Assembly: GCA_003133025.1 (NCBI GenBank) | Contig: PKZK01000238.1 | Location: 1 to 13,732 of the forward strand | Length of the DNA stretch: 13,732 nt | Direction of reading: 5' to 3' | Source of the DNA: Vulcanimicrobiota bacterium | GTDB taxonomy: Bacteria; Vulcanimicrobiota; Vulcanimicrobiia; Vulcanimicrobiales; Vulcanimicrobiaceae | Shown here: in pieces, positions 7,222 to 13,732 of the stretch | Layout: every line of letters starts with the position of its first letter | How positions within the stretch are numbered: the first letter of the stretch is position 1 | Notes under the pieces: model-generated | Databases searched by the model: none | What the model saw: only the letters and a program-made list of their open reading frames with translations | What the model was told of the DNA's origin: nothing | Program-made: the position numbers and the translations under genes

Positions 7222-7869
7222 CTACGCCGCGGCTCCGGTTAAGATCGGCCGCAGCAGCTCCTTGAGACGCGCCCGCGCCCGGGAAAGCCGCGAGCGGACG
7301 GTACCGATCGATATCCCCGTCTGAACCGCGATCTCCTCGTACGAGAGGTCGTCCACCTCGCGCATCGCGACCACGTCACGAAACGCTTCGGGCAACCCGG
7401 CGATCGCGTCGCTCAGCGCGCGCTCGGTCATCGTGTCGTAGCAGGCGTAGTACGGATCCTCGCCCTCGAGCCGCGTCGTGCCGACGTCGACGAGCGCGTT
7501 TTGCAACCGCTGCAGACGCACGTCCGCGCGCTTCCGCTTCTTATTGTGGTCGAAGAAAACGTTGACCGTGATGCGGTAGAGCCAGGTGTAGAACGACGAC
7601 TGGCCCCTGAACCGGTGCAGATTGCGGAAGACGCGCAGGAACACTTCCTGGGTCAGATCCTCGACTTCGGCCGGCACCACGTTGAGCTGCGCGAGTACCC
7701 GGCGCACGTGGCCGTCGTAGGCCACGACGAGTTCGTCGAAGGCCTCCGTCCGGCCGGCATGATAGGCCTCGATCAGGCGCAGATCGCGCGCGGCACGAAG
7801 TTGCTGTTCCGGATTCGCCTTCTTCCGGACTGTGGACGCGGCATCGGTGGCGACTGCAACTCGCGACAT
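7222..7869 (-). CDS. ECF (sigma-70 group 4, RpoE/SigW-like) RNA polymerase sigma factor
   Basis: Region 2 EDLTQEVFLRVFRNLHRFRGQSSFYTWLYRITVN; region 4 LPEAFRDVVAMREVDDLSYEEIAVQTGISIGTVRSRLSRAR. Start set to ATG 7869, because the track's 8130 start overlaps the amidohydrolase. Confidence 0.93.
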   Translation of the reverse strand: MSRVAVATDAASTVRKKANPEQQLRAARDLRLIEAYHAGRTEAFDELVVAYDGHVRRVLAQLNVVPAEVEDLTQEVFLRVFRNLHRFRGQSSFYTWLYRITVNVFFDHNKKRKRADVRLQRLQNALVDVGTTRLEGEDPYYACYDTMTERALSDAIAGLPEAFRDVVAMREVDDLSYEEIAVQTGISIGTVRSRLSRARARLKELLRPILTGAAA

Positions 7870-7936
7870 GGACGTTACGATACCCGCGACCGGAGCGGGG
7901 TACTGTGAGGTCCGATACGGTAGGGCTCGCCGGCCC

Positions 7937-9115
7937 TCAGCCCGCGGCGCGCCCGGAGCCGACGGCCCGCGCAAATGCCGCCAAGGTCTCGATGCCCACC
8001 GGAATCGCATCCTCGTCGATGCGGAATTGCGGGCTATGCCCGGGATGGATGCTGCCGGCGGCCTCGTTGCGAATGCCCAGACGCACCATGACGCCCGGCG
8101 CGCGCTCGGCAAAATAGGCGAAGTCCTCACCGCCCATCGTCGGCGCGGGTGAGGCGACCGGAAGCGCGGGCAACGCTTCGCTCAAATACGCCTTGAACGA
8201 GACGGCGAGCTTCTCGTCGTTGACCACCGGCGGGTAACCGTAGATGACCTCGAGCGACGCCTTCGCGTTGTAGGCCGCGGCGATGCCCTCGAGGATACGC
8301 CGCGCCCGCGGTTCGAGCGTCTCGCGCACCGACTGCTTCTGCGACCGAAACGTGCCGGTCATGCGCACGCGGTCGGCGATGATGTTGTTGCGGTAGCCGC
8401 CCTCGATCGTGCCGATGGTGACGACGACGGTTTCCATTGGGTCGGTTTCGCGCGCGGCCAGATTCTGCAACGCGAGCACGGCGGCTGCGGCGCACGGAAT
8501 CGCGTCGACCGCGGTATGCGGCGAGGCGCCGTGGCCGCCTCGGCCCGTGATCTCGACGTGGAATTCGTCGGCGGCCGCGTTGACTACGCCCGGGGAAAAC
8601 CCGATCGTGCCGGTGGGCAACCGGCTGTCGACGTGCAGCATCGCAACCGCATCGATGTGCGGATCGTCCATCGCGCCCGCCTCGATCATCGGGAGCGCGC
8701 CGCCCGGGCCTTCTTCCGCCGGCTGGAAGAGCAACACGACGTCGCCGCCGAGTTGCTCGCGCTCCGCGACGAGCACGCGCGCCGCGCCCAAGAGCATCGC
8801 GGTGTGCGCGTCGTGGCCGCAGGCGTGCATCTTGCCGGGAACTTCAGAACTAAACGATTCGCCGCTGCGCTCGGTCAGCGGCAGCGCATCCATGTCGGCG
8901 CGCAAACCCGCAACGGGCCCGCGCCCGCCGCGCACGACGCCCACGATGCCTGTCTTCGCGATGCGCCGGTGCTCGATGCCGAGCGCCGCGAGTTCGCGCT
9001 CCACGAGCGCGGCCGTGCGCACTTCTTCGAAGCCGAGTTCGGGATGACGATGGATCTCCCGGCGGATGTCGGTCGCCCATGCGGCGACGCGCGGATCGAT
9101 CAGCGTTACTGACAT
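7937..9115 (-). CDS. M20D-family amidohydrolase (N-acyl-L-amino acid amidohydrolase / hippurate hydrolase-like)
   Basis: RREIHRHPELGFEE, LRADMDALP, MHACGHDAH, FQPAEE, GRGGHGASPH, GGEDFAY and HSPQFRIDE motifs. Confidence 0.93.
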   Translation of the reverse strand: MSVTLIDPRVAAWATDIRREIHRHPELGFEEVRTAALVERELAALGIEHRRIAKTGIVGVVRGGRGPVAGLRADMDALPLTERSGESFSSEVPGKMHACGHDAHTAMLLGAARVLVAEREQLGGDVVLLFQPAEEGPGGALPMIEAGAMDDPHIDAVAMLHVDSRLPTGTIGFSPGVVNAAADEFHVEITGRGGHGASPHTAVDAIPCAAAAVLALQNLAARETDPMETVVVTIGTIEGGYRNNIIADRVRMTGTFRSQKQSVRETLEPRARRILEGIAAAYNAKASLEVIYGYPPVVNDEKLAVSFKAYLSEALPALPVASPAPTMGGEDFAYFAERAPGVMVRLGIRNEAAGSIHPGHSPQFRIDEDAIPVGIETLAAFARAVGSGRAAG

Positions 9116-9141
9116 GGCGCGGTTTCCTTCTCCAGCGGAGA

Positions 9142-9180
9142 AGAGGGACCCCGCCGCAACACGTGCGGCGGGCTCCCTCT
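9142..9180. terminator. Strong hairpin downstream of ftsZ (terminator or mRNA-stabilising stem)
   Basis: AGAGGGA-C-CCCGCCGCA / ACACG loop / TGCGGCGGG-C-TCCCTCT: 16 bp with one mismatch and no clear U-tract. Confidence 0.6.
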
Positions 9181-9204
9181 CTCGCGGCGGACGGTGGGTT
9201 TGCC

Positions 9205-10278
9205 TTAGCTGCGGTAACGCAGGAAGGCCGGGACCTCGATGTCGTCCATATTGATCGGGGCGACCTTTTCGAAGTCGTTGCCTGCGAAATTGAAGCCGGC
9301 CGCTGAAGCCGCGCCCTGGCGACGATTGCCGAAGCCCGCGGCGAGCACGGTGATCCGAACCTTCGACTGCATCGACGGGTCGATCGACGCGCCGAAGATG
9401 ATCTGCGCTTCGGAGTCGACCGCGCGGGCGATCATCTCGGCCGCTTCGTTGACCTCGTACATGGCCAGATCCGGACCGCCGGTGATGTTGAAGATCACGC
9501 CGCGCGCGCCTTCGATCGTGGTCTCGAGCAGCGGCGAGGCGATCGCCTTCTGAGCCGCATCGGCCGCGCGGTGCTCGCCCGTGCCCTCACCGATGCCCAT
9601 CATCGCGCTGCCCGCATCCGTCAAGATCGTCTTGACGTCGGCGAAGTCCAGGTTGATGAGTCCGGGCTGGGTGATGAGATCGGAGATGCCTTGGATGCCT
9701 TGGCGCAGCACGTCGTCGGCGTAGGCGAAGGCCTCTTGCAGCGGCGTGCGCTTCTCGATGATTTGCAGGATGCGCTCGTTGGGGATCGTGATCAGCGTGT
9801 CGACCTTCGCCTCGAGTTCGGCGATGCCGCGCTCGGCCAGCAGCATGCGCTTGCGGCCTTCGAACGAGAACGGTTTGGTCACGACGGCGATCGTCAGCGC
9901 GCCGGATTCGCGCGCCAGTTCCGCGATGACCGGCGCCGCGCCCGTGCCGGTGCCGCCGCCCATGCCCGCGCAAATGAAGACGAGGTCGGACCCGTCGAGC
10001 ACCATCGCGAGATCCTCGCGCGACTCCTCGGCGGCTTCGCGGCCGATGTCCGGATTCGAGCCGGCGCCCAAGCCGCGCGTTCGGCCGTTGCCGATCTGCA
10101 CGGTCGCCTCGGTCTTACAATTGCGCAAGGCCTGCACGTCGGTATTGACCGCGTAAAACTCGACGTTCTGCAATCCGGCGTCGATCATCCGGTTGACGGC
10201 GTTGCTGCCGCCGCCGCCGATGCCGATGACCTTGATCGCCGCAAAATGTTCGGGATTATATCGCTTGGACTCGGCCAT
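9205..10278 (-). CDS. ftsZ: Cell division protein FtsZ (core form; a longer form may start at 10491)
   Basis: [29 protein letters not shown] signature, NLDFADV T7 loop, C-terminal [19 protein letters not shown] before ATG 10278. Confidence 0.98.
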   Translation of the reverse strand: MAESKRYNPEHFAAIKVIGIGGGGSNAVNRMIDAGLQNVEFYAVNTDVQALRNCKTEATVQIGNGRTRGLGAGSNPDIGREAAEESREDLAMVLDGSDLVFICAGMGGGTGTGAAPVIAELARESGALTIAVVTKPFSFEGRKRMLLAERGIAELEAKVDTLITIPNERILQIIEKRTPLQEAFAYADDVLRQGIQGISDLITQPGLINLDFADVKTILTDAGSAMMGIGEGTGEHRAADAAQKAIASPLLETTIEGARGVIFNITGGPDLAMYEVNEAAEMIARAVDSEAQIIFGASIDPSMQSKVRITVLAAGFGNRRQGAASAAGFNFAGNDFEKVAPINMDDIEVPAFLRYRS

Positions 10279-10321
10279 CGCTGCTCCTTTTGAAGGCGCC
10301 GCTGCCGGCGGCGCCCCTTCA

Positions 10322-10366
10322 CTTTGAAGTTGATCGCTCTGAAGTTGATCGCTCTGAAGTCGATCG
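10322..10366. repeat. 3 x 15-bp tandem repeat
   Basis: CTTTGAAGTTGATCG / CTCTGAAGTTGATCG / CTCTGAAGTCGATCG. Encodes [15 protein letters not shown] in the ftsZ frame. Confidence 0.9.
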
Positions 10367-10520
10367 CCGTCCCCGGCCGATGCCGCGACCGCGTCGATCG
10401 GGAGCTGTTCCGAAACGGGGTCGGAAGCCGATTCAATCGGCGTGTGGTCGTCGTAGACCTTGTTCGACTTGCGCGAAAACGCTGATGCCATCTGCGGCTC
10501 CTCGCCTTGAAGATTGAGTC

Positions 10521-11744
10521 TCAGTTCCAAATCTCGCCGAACCATCCGGCGACCTTGCCGAAGAGCGTCTTGCTGTGTCCGTTCCACACGGCGCCGTCGC
10601 CGCGCGGACCGAACAGTACGAGGCCGACGGCGGTTGCGTACTCCGGCCGGCAGACGGCGTCGCTGAGGCCGCCGACGCCGGTGGGCACGCCGATGCGCGA
10701 AGGCAATGCGAAGAAATCCGAGGCTGCACGATCGAGCCCGCGCAGGTGCGCGCCGCCGCCCGTCAAGACGATCTCGGCGAGTACCACGTCGCGCGGCAGA
10801 CGCTCCGCGAGCTGTGCCTTGGCCAACGTGAATATCTCGCGGATGCGCGGGGCCACGATCGCGCGCAACTGCGCGTACGACACTTGGCGCGAGGTCTTGC
10901 CGTCGAGCGACTTGACCGAAAACTCGCCCTCACCGGGCGGTTCCGGCCCGACCGAGGCCCGCGTGCGTTTGATCGTCTCCGCCTCGACGAACGTGGTCAT
11001 CAGGCCGAGCGCGATGTCGTTGCTCAGCGTGTTGCCGCCCACGGGCAACGTCGACGAGTGGACGGCGCCGCCGCCCGCATAGACGACGAGATCCGTCGTG
11101 CCCCCGCCGATGTCGAGCAGCACCACGCCGATGTGCTTCTCCTCGGCGAGCAGCGTCGCCGCCGAAGATGCCAGCGGCTCGAAGACGATGCCGGCCGGCT
11201 CCAAGCCGGCCCGGTGCACGCACTTGAGCACGTTGGTGATGAAGGTGTTGCCGCCGGTGACGATGTGCGTGTCGACTTCGAGCCGCGCGCCGGACATGCC
11301 GACCGGATCGGCCACGCCGTCGTGACCGTCGATCGCGAAGTGACGGGGCAGCGCGTGAATGATCTGCCGGTCGGCGCCGACCTCGATCAACTTCGAGGCA
11401 TCGACGACGCGCCGCACGTCGGAGCGCGCGACCTCGCGCTGCTCCCCGGAAATCGCCACGACGCCGCGATTGTTGGTGCTCTGCACGTGCTCCCCGGTCA
11501 CGCCCACGTAGACGTGATCGATGTGCACGCCGGCCATCCGTTCGGCGCGTTCGGTGGCGGCCTCGATGGCGCGCACGGTCTCTTCGAGATCCGTGATCAC
11601 GCCTTTGCGCAAGCCCGACGACGGAGCTTCGCCGATGCCGATGATCTCGAGGCCTTCGGGCGTGCTGTTGGCCACGACGGCGCACGTCTTCGTCGTCCCG
11701 ATATCGAGACCGGTGATCGTCGTGCCCCGCGAAGCCCTGCTCAT
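10521..11744 (-). CDS. ftsA: Cell division protein FtsA
   Basis: [50 protein letters not shown] and C-terminal amphipathic helix [13 protein letters not shown]. Start taken as ATG 11744. Confidence 0.97.
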   Translation of the reverse strand: MSRASRGTTITGLDIGTTKTCAVVANSTPEGLEIIGIGEAPSSGLRKGVITDLEETVRAIEAATERAERMAGVHIDHVYVGVTGEHVQSTNNRGVVAISGEQREVARSDVRRVVDASKLIEVGADRQIIHALPRHFAIDGHDGVADPVGMSGARLEVDTHIVTGGNTFITNVLKCVHRAGLEPAGIVFEPLASSAATLLAEEKHIGVVLLDIGGGTTDLVVYAGGGAVHSSTLPVGGNTLSNDIALGLMTTFVEAETIKRTRASVGPEPPGEGEFSVKSLDGKTSRQVSYAQLRAIVAPRIREIFTLAKAQLAERLPRDVVLAEIVLTGGGAHLRGLDRAASDFFALPSRIGVPTGVGGLSDAVCRPEYATAVGLVLFGPRGDGAVWNGHSKTLFGKVAGWFGEIWN

Positions 11745-11799
11745 CGCGCGGACGACCGTCCATCTTCCGGGGGCGCTTCCGCCCAACCATCAGGCATGG

Positions 11800-11847
11800 G
11801 CACCATATATTGTGGTTCGGGGCGGAGGTTCCTTGTATATATTGTGT
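11800..11847. promoter_or_regulatory. Tandem NrdR-box-like sites upstream of ftsA
   Basis: Minus-strand 16-mers ACACAATATATACAAG (11847-11832) and CCACAATATATGGTGC (11815-11800) versus consensus acaCwAtATaTwGtgt. Offset 32 bp. Confidence 0.65.
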
Positions 11848-12651
11848 TTATAAGGTGTCAGTTTGTTGTGGATAGTCGCCTTTGGCGGTTGAAGCCCCGC
11901 CTCGATGTTCCACGACGGGCGTGGAGGGCGCACGCAAATCGATCGCGGTGACGGTCGCGACGCGGCCGCCCAGCGCCGTGAGGATCGGCCCGATGAGCCG
12001 CTCCTTCGCGCCGAGATCTCCGTCGTCGCCGAAGCGCACGCGGATGCCGCCGGGCAGCGCGGCTTCGAGTTCGCCGTACTCGTCGAGCGCGAAGTCGCTC
12101 AGATGATGCCCGCCGGCCGCGAGCGCGCGCGCGTCGGCCTGCAACTTGGCGATGTCGGGATCGTGCAGAAAGCTGCCCACCGGAAACTCGGCGAGCGAGC
12201 GGATACGGTAGACGACCGTGGCCGCGCAACCGGACTGAAGCACGCGCTGCTGTGCGTCGATGGTGGCGGTCGCGACGTCGGAGCGCACGCAACCCTCCGG
12301 CGTCCGTTCCCGCACCTCGATGCGCGCCCCGCCGGGGAAGCCGCGCACCAGGCGCGCGCTCGCGACGTACGGGATCGTCTCGACGCGGCGTTCGACCGCG
12401 CGCGCGTCGAGCAGCCACACGTTGCCGCGCGCATCGAGGCCCGCGTGCGCGAGCACGTCGGCGCGCGAGACGCGCACGTTGCCGTCGACCACGGGCGCTC
12501 CCGCTTGGAACATCTCGGCGCGCGCCGCCAGCCTGCCGGCCACCACCAACACGACGGCGGCGACGAGGCCCACGATCCAATAGCGGCGCAGGCGCGTCAG
12601 CAGCGACGGCTTGGAACGGCGCGGCGTTGGCCCCGCCGAGGGAGACGGCAT
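11848..12651 (-). CDS. ftsQ: Cell division protein FtsQ/DivIB
   Basis: Basic cytoplasmic N-terminus, one TM, POTRA-like region (VDGNVRVS...IPYVASARLVRGFPGGARIEVRERTP), C-terminal IDLR motif. Directly upstream of ftsA. Confidence 0.88.
   Translation of the reverse strand: MPSPSAGPTPRRSKPSLLTRLRRYWIVGLVAAVVLVVAGRLAARAEMFQAGAPVVDGNVRVSRADVLAHAGLDARGNVWLLDARAVERRVETIPYVASARLVRGFPGGARIEVRERTPEGCVRSDVATATIDAQQRVLQSGCAATVVYRIRSLAEFPVGSFLHDPDIAKLQADARALAAGGHHLSDFALDEYGELEAALPGGIRVRFGDDGDLGAKERLIGPILTALGGRVATVTAIDLRAPSTPVVEHRGGASTAKGDYPQQTDTL
11867..11875 (-). promoter_or_regulatory. DnaA-box-like 9-mer in the 3' end of ftsQ
   Basis: CTATCCACA, one mismatch to TTATCCACA. Confidence 0.35.
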
Positions 12652-13496
12652 CAGGCGGCGCCTTCGGTGTCGGCGTCGGAGCGGTCGAAAACGAAGCGGT
12701 CGATGGCTTCGGCCACGCCGTCGTGTTCGACGTCACCCACCACCGCATCCGCTTCCGCCTTCAATTCTGCCGGCGACGAGCCCATGGCCACGCCGAAACC
12801 GGCCGCGCGCAGCAGCGGCAAATCGTTGTAGGAGTCGCCGATGGCCATGACGTTTTCCAGCGCGATGCCGTAGTGAGCGGCCACGATGCCCAGTGCCCGG
12901 CCCTTGTCGACCTGCGGGTTGAGCATCTCGACGAACTCCGGGTTGGAGCGCGTGACGTAGGCGTCGTCGCCGCAGACGCGGCTCATCAACGCGGCGCACT
13001 CGGGCGTGCGCGAGGCTTCGGTCACGACGTTGACCTTGGTGCTGTCGTGCCCGGCAAACGCCTCGGGCAACGACGGCACGACGACGGGCTCGCTGCCCGA
13101 GATGCGCGCGTAGAGGTCGGAGTACCGATTGCGTTCCTCGACGTAAAAGCGATCGTCGCGATAGAACTGCACGTGGTACCCGTGCTCTTTCGCCGCGGCG
13201 TAGACGCGCAGTGCCACCGCATTGGGCAAGGCCAACTCGCGCTGGAAGACGCCGCTGCGCGCGTCGGCGATCACGGCGCCCTGGTAGAGCACGATCGGGC
13301 CCTCGACGCCGGTCACGTGCACGAGCGGCGCCGCGCCGACGTACATGCGTCCGGTGACGATCGTGACCCGCACGCCCGCGGCCGAGGCTCGGCGCACCGC
13401 ATCGAGCACTGCCGGACGGACGGGCTTCAACGGCTCGACGAGCGTGCCGTCGAGGTCGATCGCGATCAGTTGCGGCGCACGCTTCGAAGTCTTCAC
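12651..13496 (-). CDS. Cof-type HAD-IIB family hydrolase (phosphatase)
   Basis: IDLDGTL, VTGR, VDKG, AIGDSYNDLPLL and GVAMG motifs. GTG start overlaps the hisD stop (GTGA). Confidence 0.95.
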   Translation of the reverse strand: MKTSKRAPQLIAIDLDGTLVEPLKPVRPAVLDAVRRASAAGVRVTIVTGRMYVGAAPLVHVTGVEGPIVLYQGAVIADARSGVFQRELALPNAVALRVYAAAKEHGYHVQFYRDDRFYVEERNRYSDLYARISGSEPVVVPSLPEAFAGHDSTKVNVVTEASRTPECAALMSRVCGDDAYVTRSNPEFVEMLNPQVDKGRALGIVAAHYGIALENVMAIGDSYNDLPLLRAAGFGVAMGSSPAELKAEADAVVGDVEHDGVAEAIDRFVFDRSDADTEGAA

Positions 13497-13732
13497 GGCG
13501 CTTCGACTTCTCCGCGCATGCGTGCAGTCCGCGCGTGCGCGGCCAGACCTTCGAAATCGGCCAGCGCCGCGAGCGGCGCGGCGTCGGTACGCATCCGTTC
13601 GGGACTATTCTCCACGAGCGACATCGTACGCAGGAAGTCGGCGGTCCGCAGACCAGAGGAGAAGCGACCGGCGCCCGACGTCGGCAGCACGTGATTGCTG
13701 CCGGCGATGTAGTCGCCGGCGGCGACCGGCGT
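13493..13732 (-). CDS. hisD: Histidinol dehydrogenase (3' part)
   Basis: Manual translation TPVAAGDYIAGSNHVLPTSGAGRFSSGL...DF...LADFEGLAAHARTARMR matches the HisD C-terminus (GDYxAGxNHVLPT, EGLxAHA). Confidence 0.96.
   Translation of the reverse strand, partial: TPVAAGDYIAGSNHVLPTSGAGRFSSGLRTADFLRTMSLVENSPERMRTDAAPLAALADFEGLAAHARTARMRGEVEAP

Noticed and set aside
10322..10366. CRISPR array
   Set aside because: 15-bp head-to-tail units with no spacers and no cas genes.
10492..10587. Further ftsZ extension to 10587
   Set aside because: It overlaps the 3' end of ftsA and has no evident SD. ATG 10491 is the furthest credible start.
11832..11847. SOS/LexA box interpretation of the AT-rich ftsA upstream motif
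   Set aside because: It fits neither CTGT-N8-ACAG nor GAAC-N4-GTTC. The paired NrdR-type pattern fits better.
11790..11880. Replication origin
   Set aside because: Only one good DnaA-like box, a very short AT-rich tract and no dnaA context.

Overview
GC-rich bacterial chromosomal window, mostly housekeeping genes. The CIRCE element, the FtsZ/FtsA style and the lipoprotein phosphoesterase suggest a Terrabacteria lineage, possibly Eremiobacterota/Vulcanimicrobiota (inference only). Left to right: the 5' part of rpsK (minus strand, with its own promoter, a structured leader and no rpsM upstream); a lipoprotein phospholipase C/phosphoesterase; a TetR regulator with an unusual N-terminal extra domain, divergent from a DHA2 MFS efflux pump; and a membrane-bound diguanylate cyclase. 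A long minus-strand run then reads, in transcription order: hisD (3' end), Cof HAD hydrolase, ftsQ, ftsA, ftsZ, M20 amidohydrolase, ECF sigma factor, SRPBCC protein, a CIRCE-controlled FmdB/Ruc-like zinc-ribbon protein and a small membrane protein. Most notable: (1) tandem NrdR-like boxes 32 bp apart, plus a DnaA-like box, just upstream of ftsA-ftsZ; (2) two in-frame, SD-led starts for ftsZ, giving an optional 71-aa acidic, repeat-containing N-terminal extension; (3) a transposase-like beta-strand motif fused to TetR; (4) a probable AUC start for the MFS pump; (5) a candidate RNA leader on rpsK. No tRNA, rRNA, CRISPR array or intact mobile element was seen.
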